Positions 42,253-58,899 of a DNA stretch of 64,000 nt are shown in pieces. Each line of letters opens with the position of its first letter. Position 1 is the first letter of the stretch. The translations under genes and the position numbers were made by a program. Source of the stretch: Chrysomallon squamiferum (Eukaryota > Animalia > Mollusca). The stretch lies in assembly GCA_012295275.1 (NCBI GenBank), contig CM022677.1, positions 25,978,001-26,042,000 on the forward strand, written 5' to 3'. The notes beneath the pieces were generated by a model, which saw only the letters and a list, made by a program, of their open reading frames with translations, searched no databases and was not told where the DNA came from.

Positions 42253-42683
42253 CATGCTTGCAGTAATGGTTTGTGTTAAGTTTAGACTTGTTATCTGTCA
42301 CAATTCAAACACATCCAGGCAACAGCTGGTTTCACATCTGCCGGGTGTCTCTGCTTCTGTGTGTGTGTTTGTGTGCGAGTGTTTGTATGTATGTATGTAT
42401 GTATGTATAGGAGTGTGTGTGTGTGTGTGTGTGTGTGCATGTGAATGTATTAAAACAAAGAATTATTAATGATAAACTGAATAAATTCTCTGAATGCCAA
42501 TCTGCACCCACCCACAAACACAGACAGACGAACACAGAAACGTAAAAGTTACAGAGCAGCATAAAACTGGTATAAATCAAACAAGCAGATTTCACACATT
42601 TCACTAAGAGGCAGTTTTACTGTGTCTCAAATGCCACATACACACAGGAATTAGTACTTGAAAATGACATCACATAATTGTTT

Positions 42684-42717
<34 letters not shown>

Positions 42718-42976
42718 ACACACAGACACACACACACACAGACACACACAACTGGAATAAATTTTTGAAAATGTTATCATGTTCACTAAGTCAGTTTTAC
42801 ACACACACACACAGACACACAGACACACACACAGACACACAGACACAGACAGACACACACAGATACACACAGATACACACACAGACACACACACACACAC
42901 ACACAGAGGAATACGTTTTTGAAAATGTTATCATGTAAGTGTCTGTGACACACACAGATACACACACACACACACA

Positions 42977-43079
<103 letters not shown>

Positions 43080-43264
43080 ACACACAGACACACACACACA
43101 CACACACACACACTTACACAGACACACACACTCACAGAGTACTTAAAGAGAAACTGTAACGACTGTCAGGGTGATAGATGTGAGAACTGAACAAAATGAA
43201 TATTCTACATTTCCGCTTGTTAGATGTCGACGTCCTCTTTCTAACTGCAGCCTATCTCCGTGAC

Positions 43265-43555
43265 AACAGCTTAGTTTAACATCTGTAACAGCTTATTTGT
43301 TATCTGTAAAAACAGCTTGTTTAATATCTGTAACAGCTTATTTTTTCTCTGTAAAAACAGCTTGTTTAATATCTGTAACAGCTTATTTTTCTCTGTAAAA
43401 ACAGCTTATTTTAGTATCTGTAACAACAGCTTATTTTAGTATCTGTATACAGCTTATTTTTTATCTGTAACAACAGCTTATTTTAGTATCTATAACAGCT
43501 TATTTTTTATCTGTAACAACAGCTTATTTTAGTATCTGTAACAGCTTATTTTTTA
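43265..43555. repeat. ~22-25-bp minisatellite
   Basis: tatctgtaacaacagcttatttt variants. Confidence 0.88.
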
Positions 43556-43789
43556 GGTTTTTTGTCTGTAAGAACAGCTTAGTTTTGTGTAGGGATTTTT
43601 TAGAGAGAGAGAGAGAGAGAGAGAGATTGAATTTTTCTATGCTTAGTGAAATTAGTTTAATTGAAAGCTATGTAAAAAATGAAGGAGACTATAAATAATT
43701 AAGTTAATGAGTGTTAATAACAGCAGGCAGACAGTGGGATATTAATTATCTCTAGATTTACATCATCAATTCAGACTGTGTGGGTGTGC

Positions 43790-43992
43790 CTGTAATATAC
43801 ATATTTATATATTTTATATGTGTGTGTGTGGGTGTGTGTGTGTGTTGTGTCTGTAATATACATATTTATACATTTTATATCTGTCTGTGTGTGTGTGTGT
43901 GTTGTGTCTGTAATATACATATTTATATATTTTATATTTGTGTGTGTGTGTGTGTGTGTGTCTATAATATACATATTTATACATTTTATATA

Positions 43993-44028
<36 letters not shown>

Positions 44029-44063
44029 GTGCCTGTAATATACATATTTATATATTTTATATA

Positions 44064-44094
<31 letters not shown>

Positions 44095-44126
44095 CTGTAA
44101 TATACATATTTATACATTTTATATAT

Positions 44127-44163
<37 letters not shown>

Positions 44164-44280
44164 GTGTGTAATATACATATTTATACATTTTATATGTGTG
44201 TGTGTGTGTGTGTGTGTTGTGTCTGTAATATACATATTTATACATTTTATATGTGTGTGTGTGTATGTGTGTGTGTGTTT
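43790..44280. repeat. Compound repeat: fixed unit alternating with (GT)n
   Basis: ctgtaatatacatatttatacattttatat followed by (gt)n, about 8 copies. Confidence 0.9.
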
Positions 44281-44673
44281 GTGTTTCTCTGTCTCTAGAT
44301 CATCAACTTGGTTAATATTTTAACTATTGCATGTGTATATCTATCATTCTGTCTATCCTTGCTGAAATAAAAAGGAAATGCATACATACACATATACAAT
44401 GCATCTGGTGTGTGCTAAAAAAGAAAAGACATATTTAAAATGATATCCGTGTACTGTAAGTGAGCAAGGTGTCATGGAAACAAAAGTTGTAAGTGTGAGC
44501 AGGAAAAGTGAACTTCCTGTCAGGCCTGCGACACTTCCTGGTTGATGAGTAAAACAAAGAACTGTGCAAACCAGGATGTGAAAACAAAACTTATCAAACA
44601 CACACTCACATTACACACAGACATCTTTCCTATTTCATATCTCTCTACCACCATCCATTTTCTCTTTCCTGTA

Positions 44674-44732
<59 letters not shown>

Positions 44733-45225
44733 ATGCTTGCTTTCTCTTTCTCATATACAGTGAAAATTTGACAGTGCATTCTCTAAATTGGATTCATAAG
44801 AAAACAAATATTTCCACTATTTTACATTTCTCTCATTCCCATACACTAAACAGACACCCATACCCACACCCACCCACCCACCCAGACACACACACACACA
44901 CACACACACAAACACTTATAAAACTAACATAACACATTCAATTACACATCAGTCAGATATCATCTCTTTGTTTGAACATCTGACAGATACTGGCATCATC
45001 ATTTCATTACTTCCCTGTTAGCACAAGCAACAATTGAAAAGATTACTTCATGACTAGTTCTTTTGTCAAAACCAAAAGAATGACAAGCAGTTCCTGTATA
45101 AAGTTTCTGTAAGTTCTCCGGTCAGTGTAAATAATTGAAGAGTAGCATGTTTGGAATGTTAATTTACTCTTATTTTTATACGTAATGAAATAAAATGTCA
45201 TCACATTAAGTGTATTTTAAGTTTG

Positions 45226-45277
<52 letters not shown>

Positions 45278-45306
45278 GTAATCACATTAAGTGTATTTTA
45301 AGTTTG

Positions 45307-45343
<37 letters not shown>

Positions 45344-46517
45344 GTAATAAAAATAACAATTAAGATAAAAGCAAATGTGTTTAATTTACAAGTGTCTATG
45401 GGTGTGTGTGTATGTATGTATGTAGATATGTGTGTGTGTGTGTGTGTGTGAGTATGTGTTTATGTATGTAGATATGTGTTTGTGTGTATGTGTATATATA
45501 TTTATATATATATATATATATACATGTTTTGTGTATGTGTGTGTGTGTGTGTGTGTGTGTTGTGTATGGGTGTGTATGTATACATATATATGAACTGTTA
45601 AAACTGGGGTTAAAAGCAAAGTATAAGTAATACGTACCTACACAGTGTCATTCAGTAAACTTGGGTTTGTCTATAAATTAACATTACACACGGACTGCCA
45701 CAAATGTGAATGCAAGGCCTGGGAAACACCAGGCTATGTCTGAACTATAAATAGCCTGGCAAATCTCCAGCCTCTCACTTTACCCACTGACTGGTACAAG
45801 CCTGAATAAGCAAGGCCTGGGAAACACCAGGCTATGTCTCAACTAAAAATAGCCTGGCAAATCTCCAGCCTGTCAGATTGCTGGCTTCCTGATCTGTGAT
45901 ACAAGTGTGTATTGAAACACTGCCCGAACACTGGCGTCAGTACTTTCACAACAATAAAGTTACATATTACCCTCTATAATCACACAAACACTGTTATTAA
46001 TAAAATTATATAATCACACTTTATAACTACAAACAGTTTGTTAATAATAAAGTTATACTGTTAATTGGTTAGTAATAGCAGATACATTTTTTTTTTAAAT
46101 GTTTCAGTAAATAGTTGTATAACCATCAGCTCACTGAGTTCTTTTATACTTTGTAATAATAAACTTCTCTTATTACTATACATGTATACATGTACACACA
46201 TAAAAAACACATACTACACACTATACCCATACCCATAAACACCCAAACACAAACACACATTATTCACATGTGTACAATAACCTGTGTATGTGTTTAAGCA
46301 ATATTTGTATAATTATAAGACCACATTCTCTCACTAATATAAACACACACACAGTTATACGTAACCAGAGTACACAGATGTGCAATATATTTACACTGCT
46401 GTATGTTAAATATTCAAATTAGCAGACAGTTCTATTAAAAACAAAAGCAAAAAAACAACACTACAGACTGTCACAGTGAGACCAGCTCTTCTGTCATATT
46501 AACAAGTCAAAAAACGG

Positions 46518-46876
46518 TCTGTCTATTAGTCTGTGTGTTTATATGTCTATTAGTCTGTGTGTTTATGTCCATTAGTCTGTGTGTTTATGTCCATTAGTCT
46601 GTGTGTTTATGTCCAGTAAATCTGTGTTTATATGTCCATTAGTTTGTGTGTTTGTATCCATTAGTCTCTGTGTTTATATATCCAGTAGTCTCTGTGTTTA
46701 TATATCCAGTAGTCTCTGTGTTTATATGTCCAGTAGTCTGTGTGTTTGTATGTCCATTAGTTTGTGTGTTTGTATCCATTAGTCTCTGTGTTTATATATC
46801 CAGTAGTCTCTGTGTTTATATAGCCAGTAGTCTGTGTGTTTATGTGTCCAGTAGTCTGTGTGTTTGTATGTCCATT
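46518..46876. repeat. ~22-24-bp minisatellite
   Basis: tccattagtctgtgtgtttatatg variants. Confidence 0.88.
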
Positions 46877-47118
46877 CATTGAACTCACTGTGTTTGTCCT
46901 GCAATCTGTCATGATTATTTTTCAGCTATTTATGTTCACCGTTTCATCAATTATACAGTAACAACATGTTTACATGTGTGTATGTAGGTCTGCTTGTTTG
47001 TGTGTATGTGTGTATGAAACATACTGGCAGAGAAATAGTTACTTAATACAAAAAACACAGCAAAGAAACCATAAACTTTAAAGTGAATCTTAAAGTTTCC
47101 TAGAGAATATGTGTGTGT

Positions 47119-47164
<46 letters not shown>

Positions 47165-47487
47165 GTTTGTGTGTTTGTGAATGTGCATGTGTATGCATAT
47201 GAAGGCAGTTTTTGTAAAACATGCATCACATTTCTCAGTTTTGTTATATTACACTTGTTCATATCAAATAACAGTATTTTAGTTAAACAGAAATATCAGT
47301 TGGAGTGTTCAAAATTCACAGGTATATTATTAACTTGTAAACAGTAATAATTTGCAATACAAACATAAATACCTGGCTTATTTCACTTTGTTCAGAGGTC
47401 AGAGGTCAGAGGTCACCACATCAGAGGAGGTTTCAGAAAGTCTGCATTTTAAAAAACAACAAAACATTCAGTGTAACTGTTTAAATA

Positions 47488-47930
47488 ATGTGTAACTTCA
47501 CAACTTTATTTAAGTTCAATATATACACTGTGTAACTTTATAACTTTATTTAAGTTCAATATGTACACTGTAACTTTATAACTTTATTTAAGTTCAATAT
47601 GTACACTGTGTAACTTCACAACTTTATTTAAGTTCAATATGTACACTGTGTAACTTCACAACTTTATTTAAGTTCAATATGTACACTGTGTAACTTCACA
47701 ACTTTATTTAAGTTCAATATATATACTGTAACTTTATAACTATTTAAGTTCATTTTATACACTATAAGTTCATGACTATTTAAGTTCAATATCTATACTG
47801 TAACTTTATAACTTTATTTAAGTTCATTTTATACACTGTAACTTTATAACTTTATTTATGTTCAATATATACAGTGTAACTTTATAACTATTTAAGTTCA
47901 TTTTATATACTGTGTAACTTTAATTCAATA
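47488..47930. repeat. ~40-bp minisatellite
   Basis: tgtaacttcacaactttatttaagttcaatatgtacactg. Confidence 0.9.
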
Positions 47931-48580
47931 TATGTAATTTTATTTCAGTAAATTGTGTGACTTTATCTTAATATAAACTGTACAATCTTTAAAACAAGTA
48001 ACTACTAAAATATCGCCAGTCTAATTAAAGAAATAACTTTGTTATTAAGCCTATAGTTATTAGAATGTAGAATAACAAGAATACTGTAACACAGCAATGT
48101 TAACAAAATTGTTATCATCTTATAATTTAACTGTTATTACATTTTAACAGTACTACATTTAAAATAGATAATAGTACTTAACTGCAACACCAATGTATTT
48201 TAACAAAGAATGTAAAAAGAACTAATATGTCTACCTTTTCTTACACTACTAGTTACTAGGTACTAGGTGCAAATACTTAACTAAATACTAAAAATAAAAC
48301 ATGATGCACAAATAAAAATAAAAAATGTTGAATTTCCTGAAAAAGAAATAAAGAAAAACAAAAAAAAGAATTTCCTTAGACAGAAAAAAAAGTTTAATGT
48401 CCTTAAACTTCAGGGTGATGTGTCCTGCTATGTTTTTAACTTTCCTGAATGCTGGACTCTGTTATAGTGACCACTGCATGTATCTAATTACTACACACAA
48501 TACTAATCATTTACACAAAATCAATAAACAGTTAATATTGAACTGTCCAGAGTAAACAGATCTGTATATTAAAATGTATG

Positions 48581-48683
<103 letters not shown>

Positions 48684-48843
48684 ATAATAAATATTTAAAA
48701 GAAAATGTAATTTGTTTTAAAAACTGTGTAGCCTGTCACTGATTTAAGATAAAAGAAAATTCAACTCCTGTATAAACTGAGCAATTGTTCCACACCCTGT
48801 TTTGTATAAACACAACGTTTAAATCAACCAACACCATAAGTGT

Positions 48844-48880
<37 letters not shown>

Positions 48881-50329
48881 AGTGTGTGTGTTCATTTGTT
48901 TCTATATATGACTGTCTGTGTGTGTGTTTGTGTGTGTGTGTGTGTATCTGTGTATAAACTGTACAATGACACAGAGAAAGTAAATTTAAACATTGTCATC
49001 AACATCTCACACGTCACTTCACATCTGTCATCAGCGGTGTGTCACAACTACAACAACGTTTACTTCATAATCAACATCATACATACACATACAATAACAT
49101 GACAGATACAACTATAACACACTGTAACAGAACACAGACAAAAATTGTAACAGATAACAATAATGACAAACACAGATAAAATATAACACATAATAACATG
49201 TCACAGATATAACAATAAATATAACCAAGACAACAATGTGTGTTTTGTTAACTCACTGCAGATCTGAGGATCAATGTTGCTTTACTGCTCAAATTAACCT
49301 GTTTTCACACTAACACACACACAGACAGAGAGACCTGTCCACTTGTCTGTACTTCAGTTACAGATTTATGGGTACATGTCTGTTAAATGCGTTAAACTGA
49401 GGTTAACATTACAGCTGAGGTTAAGGTTAGGTTTTCATACATCAAACTGTCGCAGTCCCAGCAGAATGTGTTACACACCAAGTTTCTAGTAAATTCATGT
49501 CTTACCCAAGTACCATCCCAACAACAACAACAACAACAAAAAAACCCATCCCAGATATACTCATTCAAGAAGATTAGAAAAACAAGAAAAGTCATAGATG
49601 GGATATTCTCAATGAACTGAGTGCTGAAGAACTGAAAGTAAATAGACATTTACAAAATCTATCCAAAATACTGAGCTGTTTTAATTTTCCAGCTAAACAT
49701 GAAGAGTAATTTCAAAAAAAAAAAACCTTTTAATATAAACATTTAAATTAATACAGTTATACCTGTCTAAATGTGAGTAGTTGTAACTTTAAAAGGTTTT
49801 AATATAAAACAGTTATATACACACACCTTTTTGAAACATGAGTAGATGTAAAGTTTAAAATAAACTTTTAATAGGAACACTTAAACTAACGCAGATGTAC
49901 CTATCTGAACACGACTAGTAAGTCCTTTAATGAGTTTAACAAAGTTCTGATATAAACATGAAGTGAACCTGATTACTGAGTATTAATTTTAACAGGAAAC
50001 ATGTTCCAGGTGTGTGTTTTAAATTCACTGTTTAAACGTGTCGGTTACTTAAACCAGCTCATCAACCAAGTCAGAGCTGTTTGGTGTTTTCTGTGAGAGA
50101 AAGAAAAAACACTTTTACAGAAACATTCAACTACACAACAAATGCTCTGTAACCATTTTCTTATAATACAGATATAGTTCATTATGGAAGTTCTTTATTT
50201 CTTCAGACATTTTGTGATTTTTTCTCTTTTTAATGTGTGTACTGTTTGTTTTGTTATATTTAAGTATTAATATATGTGTTGGTATTTAAATATATCTGTG
50301 TTGTCATATTTAAGTATCAGTGTATATGT

Positions 50330-50536
<207 letters not shown>

Positions 50537-52373
50537 CTCTCCTTCTCTCATACACTCATAGAGAGGAAACACCTTTTTAAAAATACTTTTCTCTCTTTAA
50601 TTTGGTTACTAAACATATCTAATATGAAAGTACTATATAGATGTATGTGATACAAAAAGAGTTACATATATGTGAGAAAGTATTAGACATATGATACATA
50701 AAACTGAGTTATTTTACACGTGTAATAATAAAGAGAGAAAAAAGAAGAAGAAGAATATTTTTACATACATGTATGTGTATAGTAAGTAATCCACACTCAT
50801 AAAACTCACAGATTCAGCTTATCTCTCACAGGAAGCACAGAAAGATACAAGTACTCAAGTGGTGACCAATAGCTTTTTTTTTTTTAAACTAACTATACTA
50901 TCCCAGCAAGAATATTTAGTTCTAGAAACACAGAAAGAAACTGGTATTTTTATTATTCACTATTCCTATCCCCAGCAGGAATGTTTCATTCTAGAAACAC
51001 AGAACACTGGAACAGAGACTGATACTTTTATTATTCATCATTCCCATCCCTTTAAGAACATTTCTGGAAAACAGACAGTGCCATGACAACCACAGAGTAC
51101 ACCAAAGCGACGACTGCCGTGACTTACACAGTTAGTGCTACTAGTACAGCGACTGATTAGTAAGTAAAGGAGAGGTGTGGTCACTTACATGTGAGGTGTT
51201 CCATCTTGCAGTGGTTTCAGACATGGTGCTGTACTGCGGATCTGGGTCACACATACCAGAGTCGCTAGCCTGAGTTAACACATCACTTGTAGACTTCAAA
51301 CTCTTTCTTAACTCTCGTCCTAGCTCGCTCTACACTTACACACCAGCTGCAGAGCTGTGGTACACCTCACAACATTTCTACACAGTCCACTGTACACTCG
51401 TCTAAGTGTGCAGCTCTCTGTGTCACATGACAAATGTAGGTTTTTTTGTAATATCTATCTATGTGATGGGATAATAAGAGGAGACTTGATAAAAGATTTA
51501 TTTATTTACTTTTTAAGATAAAACACTAATGAATAGCAGTATTCCAGCTGTAAGGATCTGAACTTGGTGACATGGGGTATGGTAATAAAATGGCACTGGA
51601 GAAAAAGTCAGATTATGGACTGTTCACCCTTGATGGCAAACAGTTGTAGTAACAGACATGGAATCCCAGAATTGAAAATTTGTGTTGTGTTTCTCATCCT
51701 TCTGTGTGGAAACTGATTCAGGCAGAAGCTGCCCAAGTCAGTACAAGCCTCCTTGCAAGCTTTTCAAATGTGTAACCAACCACAGACTTGACTTCATCAG
51801 TTATGTGTGGACAGACAAGATGGGAGCAAGACTGTTGATGAGTTCGATCAAGTAGCTGGTCACAACTTCTGCTGGAAACCTCATGGTAATCAAACCAAGT
51901 GCTTGAATGATGCAATGTATATTGTATTTTAAAATGTGATAAAAATGTGATAACTGTGATATTAAACTCTCAAATAATCGGGTACTTTGTTAAGCAAAAC
52001 CAAGTGGTTAAGTGATATACTATATATTAACATAAACATGTGTAGTAATATTGCAATGAATAAATTGTATTTTCAAAAGTACTTTTAAGGGTTTTTTTGT
52101 TGGGGGGGGGTTAAGCAACTATACAGAAAAAAATAAATAGGGTGCCATTTTTTTTTCCAAATATGGACAGTGTTATTTCTTCCAGGTGACTTTTTTCTAG
52201 TCCATTTTTTCCTACACTTACACAGACACTTGTAATTATCTGCAGTATTATCTTTTTTATTCTAACCAATATTCCACTGAGAACCAGAAACATCAAACAT
52301 TTCTCTAATGAGACGACAATTTATTATCTTTTTTATTAACACTAGTACTTTAAATAATTACAATAATAACAGA

Positions 52374-52407
<34 letters not shown>

Positions 52408-54477
52408 GTTGTAGCAGTAGTAATAACAGTAGTAAAAATAATTACAATAATAACAATAGTAGTAGTAAAATATGGTATAAATTTGCCAGACATGAGTGAA
52501 AGATGACAGAATGGTTTGAATGTTACAAGTTTGCCAGGCTATGACTGCATCAGTAGAACTGAACAGCTGATATTCTCACACAGTTCAGTCTGGATGTGAT
52601 TCCAGGCACAGACCAGTCACCTCAGTGTACTTGTATCTGTTTCAACTCATTACTTAAAACAGCGATTAAAAAAATAATAAATAAATAAATATTGCTTCCT
52701 AATGGTAATAATAAAACAGAAATGTGTTATTGTATATCATTACAACTACTACTACTACCTCTAGTACTATACCACTACCACCACTACTACTATTACTATT
52801 ACTACGACTACCACCACTACTACTATTACTACTAATATTACTACCATTGCTACTATCACCACCACCAAACTACTACAACTGTTTGAAATTTGTTATATTC
52901 AGATGTCACATCAGCAAATGTTATTTCATTTTAATTCATACAGCAGAGAAAAACCTGTATTTCTAAAACAAAAAATAAAATGACTATTTTTTTACTAAAA
53001 AAAATAATTCAGACTTGACTGTCCCGGTCAGGTTTTGTAGACAAACGTAACACAAGTGGTGTAATTGTAATCAAGACTAATATTATTCCCGAATTGTGTT
53101 TATATATATATATACATATAAAATAATACGAAAATTGTTGTGTTTTGGTCAAACATAAAATGTATTTTATAATCCTTTAAGGAATAAATGTTTAGCCTTT
53201 TTCAAATGATAATTTTTTTCATGACATTTTCAAGATCTGTTTAAAGAGAAGCTGTTTTTGCCAAACTTTCCACATTAATGGAAGTAAAGTTCTGTATTTC
53301 CAAAATGTCCTGAATTCTGAATGAACCATCCTGCCAGAGTTAATACAACATTAGAACTGGAAAAATATTTTTATTTATTTATTTATTTATTTATTTTTTT
53401 TTTATTTTTTTTTTTGACAGAGAAGAAGAAACCTAACTTACAGACCTGTGTGTTACATGCTGACTCCTGTTTGTCTCTCAATTTAATAAACTAAACAGGG
53501 TGACAGGGTGACAGGTGACTACACTAAAGCATGAAACTGATAAAGTGCTATTTTTTTAAAAACTATGTTGTGTTGAAAGTAAACACATCAAAGATTAACA
53601 CAAAACTGACATTGTTTAGTATCTTACACTTTTTAACTCATTTCAAGAAAGACAATCTGTAGTTAGAAATATTTAATTAAAAAAACATCAACATACACAG
53701 ACATACTATACATACAATACTAACAAACACAGACATACTATACATACAATACTAACAAACATATCATGAACATGAACACACAATACACACACACACACAG
53801 ACACACAGAAAACATACACCTACTATACAGAAAACACACAACACGAACAAACACATCCATGCACACACACGTATATATATATATTTAAATTTTACATCAA
53901 GTAAATGAAATCTCACAGGTTGGATGCTGAATCAGACTTGGCTCAGTCTGCAACTTTCTTTTGTAATAAAACTCTTTAATATGGTTGCCATTACAAATGT
54001 TTGAAACACTATGAAGAGAAAAGAGAACAATAGATGTTTTGTTTTCACAAGTAAACACAGATCTGTCACTGGGCAGGTGTAGGAAATGAAACCCTGATCA
54101 CACTGGGAGTTCAGGACTTGCTAATTCTGTCCAGATGAAATTTTCACTGACACAGAGCTGATTTAAAAACTTAAAAATTTGTTTGCCACTTAAGAGTATC
54201 TTCTATTTCAAAGTGACTGGAAGTTCTGGAGATGTTGATGTTTACAGGGACAGAGACAAACAGAGACAAGAGCTGCAGGATGTTTGTGAAGTAGTTAGTG
54301 ATGAAAACCAGAACCAGAATAAGTCAGTAGATTGTTTTCAGTACTGTTAGTTTTACCTGGATGTCAAAATGTGATGTATACACAAAAAGACAGTCACATT
54401 TAAAAACTGGCAATACTACTACTACTACTAATAAAAATAATAATAATAATAATAGTAATAAAAAATCATTATTTTTC

Positions 54478-54815
54478 TAAATCAAGTAATAACTATTGCA
54501 TTTTAAATCAAGTAATAACTACTGCAGTTTAATTCAAATAAAAACTATTGCAGTCTAAATCAAGTAATAACTATTGTATTTAAAAATAATAGGTATTGTA
54601 TTTAAATCAAGTAATAACTATTGTATTTCAAATCAAGTAATAGCTATTGTATTTCAAATCAAGTAATAGCTATTGTATTTAAATCAAGTAATAACTTTTG
54701 TATTTAAAACCAAGTAATAACTTTTGTATTGAAAATCAAGTAATAGCTATTGTATTTCAAATCAAATAATAATAACCACTGTATTTAAAATCATGTAATA
54801 ACTGCTGTATTTTAA
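54478..54815. repeat. ~26-bp minisatellite
   Basis: aaatcaagtaataactattgtattt variants. Confidence 0.85.
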
Positions 54816-55232
54816 ATAAGAGAATGTATTTAAATCATGTGATACACAGGAAGTGAGAACTCTGAGCCATAGCTGTGGGTCTGTCTCACAGTTCACTCAG
54901 TTCACTCACAATTCACTCACAATTCACTCAGTTCACTCAGTTCACTCACAATTCACTCAGTTCACTCACAATTCTCTGACTTGTGACTTTAACTTTCCAG
55001 CTGGTAAAAAGAACACATTTTACTTCTGAAACAGCACAGAACTGACACTTTGACAAACACAGCAGACCATTTTACACACAGAGTCTTTTCAAACAGTCTC
55101 ACACACACGCACACAGACACAGACACAGACACACACACAGTGACACAGCGACACACACACACGCACAAACACAGACACACACACACACAGACAGACACAC
55201 ACACAGACAGACACACACATACAACTCACACA

Positions 55233-55271
<39 letters not shown>

Positions 55272-55922
55272 CAATCATATTCTCAGACAATAATACATAC
55301 ACGTACACATCAAAATAATGACATCTATATAGTGCAGATATGTCAGTGTATGTCTGTACATGTATCTGTGTGTGTGACTCTGTGTGTAAACACATAAATA
55401 ACAACAATAGACAAAACATTTCTCTTTAATAAAGGTTTCCTGCTAGAAAAAAAATCAAAATAATTTTAATTAATATCTTGAATAATCATAGCTAAAAAAA
55501 TATGAAAGGATATGTTTATGTGCAAGCACATTTTTATAATTTTTTTTTTTTTTTTACATTTAAAAAAAAAAAGAAAAAAAAACAACAATCTTTCATCACA
55601 TATGTACTTGAATCCAGTGGTTTTGCAGAAACATATTAAATTTGAACTTTACCAGCCCTGGTGACATTTCAACTTAACAAGTGCCATTTCCTCATTCAAA
55701 CGCAGCCTATCAAATTCAAACAATATCCCAGCCAATTATCCAATCAGGCGGCTTGTTATTTAGCAAATGAACTGTAATTATCCAATTATTTTCTCTCTAT
55801 CAGAATCTCTGACACCTGCTACATGAAAATGGCTGTAATCACTGTAAATGAGAGGAAAATCGGTTTGGTGTAATTTGTGGGAAAATTTATGTAATTTCTT
55901 GTTGTGGTGGCCTGCATAACAA

Positions 55923-55953
<31 letters not shown>

Positions 55954-57067
55954 GAAATTTCTTTGTTAAATTTAATAACAAAAACAGCTTAATATTTAAT
56001 GATTTTTTTTTTTTTTATAAATATTATAATAAAAGGATAAAGAAAAAATAATAATAACATTAGTATAATAATGTAAATGAATAAATAAATATTGCATTTT
56101 TAACAAAAAAAACAAGAAAAAAAAAAAGAAAAAAAAGATTATAAATAATAATAATAATAAAAAACCCGTATTAGAACTCACACAAAATCTAGAATGTTGA
56201 AAAGAGGAAATGAGATCTGTCCTGGCTTCGGTAATGATAAGCTTTGCATGCAAATGAAAAATATGGATTTCTGCAACTCAAACTGCTGAAACCTGTCAGA
56301 CAGAACCAGTGTCCAGGTTTATCATAAAAACCTTAAAGGACTTTTGTTTCAATTTGAGAGGAAAGTACCAAAGAATAAAACATGCGATGATTATCATAAA
56401 TACGACATGGCTAAAAGCATTTTACACAAACTGGTGAAAAAACGAAAATAAAGTTAAAACTGAGAAAAATATATTTATTTCATAGTCTGTATTAATAACA
56501 AATCACTGAATTATGTATAATAATAATAATAATAATAATAACAATACTAATAAATATAATAACAAAAATAATAATAATAATGCTCTTAAAAACATAAGAC
56601 AAAAAGTAACAACTCCATAATAATAATAATAAAAATAAATAAATTAAAAAAAGCAATGAAAAAAAAAAAAAAAAAAAAACCACGGAAAATAATTTAATAA
56701 ATATATTACAAAATAGTAGTAATAAAAATCAAAAATACAACCATAAAATTGATAAAACATTAAAATAGTGGCAATGTAAAATAAAAATAAAAATGACTGA
56801 AGCAATTCATTAAATGAGAACAGGTTTTAATGCTGTATATAAATGCTAGTTGCATTACTGATATTGGCTGTGTCAAGCTGCCTATCTCAGATCTCAACTG
56901 TTTGAACGTAATTAACATTAAAATAACTTGGCTGTAGGGTTTGATCAGTAATAATTAGTAAGAGAATGAGATGAATTAATCAGAGACAAAAAACAATCTG
57001 GTGGTTATTTTAGATGGTGAATTTGATGATTAATGTAACTGAATGTTTAAAGTAAATTGAATGTACA

Positions 57068-57104
<37 letters not shown>

Positions 57105-58413
57105 TAATACAAATATAATAATATAACAAAAATAGTAATAATGATATAATAATACAATTAATAATAATGATAAAATAAAATTCAAAGTAACAGAATAATA
57201 ATAATAATAATAATTAAAAAATAAATAATTAATAATAATAAATAAAATTATTTGTGTACATGCCTATAACAACAACATCATTTTTATTGATGTAAGTAAA
57301 ATATTTACACCAGTATGGGTGAGTGCTGAAAGTGAACGAATTTTTAAAAATATTGTTCTATATTTGTGTGTGTGTGTTGTGTGTGCGTGCATGCATGCAT
57401 GTATAAAAGCTGCACATGATGATGACTGACACTTTTCTACGTGGAGTGTGAATGACTCAAGCATCAAGCAATGACAAATGTATTTTTACAGTTCCCCCCA
57501 CTCTCCACCCCCCACTGACCCCAGCATGTCAACAGTCATTGTCTGCTCTACAGCTGATAACAGTAGAGTTGGGGTGCAGAGAACAATGCATCAGTAATGA
57601 ATAATATCAATCACACACACAGACAGAAATGTGTTAAAAATCTGCATAGTCAGCGATTTTTAATCTGGATTTCTTGTCTGCATGCATCTGTGAGAAGATG
57701 AAAATGAAGATTGTGTCCATATCCTTATGCAAATAGCATGTGTGTACATGTGTGTGTCTGTGTGTGTGTGTGTGTGTGTATGTCTGTGTGTTATTTATAA
57801 TTACTTCAACAGTCTAGCATCATTGATTCCTACACATTGAAAGTGAATACACAAAACTCAGTTTATTTATACATCAAGGTTCGTTATGAATATTTCCATT
57901 GTTTTTTAATAAAAGTTAAAAATAAACCAGTAAGCCTAATATTTTTTCTTTCACCAAAAAAAAAAAGTAAATAAAAATAAAATAAAATTATATTAAAATA
58001 AGAAAGACATAAAAGCTAAAATTAATTTATTATAAAATATTTTGTTTCACTGAAAGTTAAAAAAGAAAGTTACACTTGTTTTTCTTTAAAATGAACAAAT
58101 AATGTCTATTATAAAACAATTTCTCTCAAATAAATTAAATAATAATAATAGTAATAACCCTGTATTATGTCCAATTAAGCCACAAGATATTGTCAGGTAA
58201 ATATATCCAGTGTAGATATAAAAACCTAAAACACTGTAACTATGGTGACAGGTTTAAAGGTCTGACATTTGGGATGATATTTACATCTAGACCAGTGCTT
58301 TTCTAACTGGAAAACATTTTCAGAATTTCTTAATTCTTGAACTTTTCAAATTTTATATTGTTATAACAGTGATGTACATCATACAAGATAATTCAATAAC
58401 ATGTACATTTTGA

Positions 58414-58467
<54 letters not shown>

Positions 58468-58899
58468 TGAAGATAGACTGATCATAAAAATACATCATAT
58501 ATAATGGTAATAATCATGATGATGAAGATAATTTAAAAAATTGAAAAAGACTGCAATAATTGTGGAGATATTTTTAAAATACTGCATACTTCATATAAAT
58601 TATTTTAATCTGTTCTTATCATGTCGTAAGATCATCTTAAAGATGTACAGTTACAGTACTTAGGTATGTGCAGATACTCGCGATTAGCGGCTGCGGTTTC
58701 TTACCAATTAGCTGTTCCACAGAAATCGTGTTTTGCATGAGGAGGGGCACCGTTTGTTCGCTTTTCATTGACTCGTGTTATATTCTTTCCTTGGGATTTT
58801 TGCACACAAACTCAGACGGGATATTGATAAATGCTCACGATTTCGAATATTTTGATTCCGTTGAGTTTTTCTGTGCCTACGCTGCCTTTTAGAAAATTA

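Noticed and set aside
41794-42255. 13-aa repeat proteins on both strands
   Set aside because: A by-product of the 39-bp minisatellite; no splice signals or unique coding flanks.
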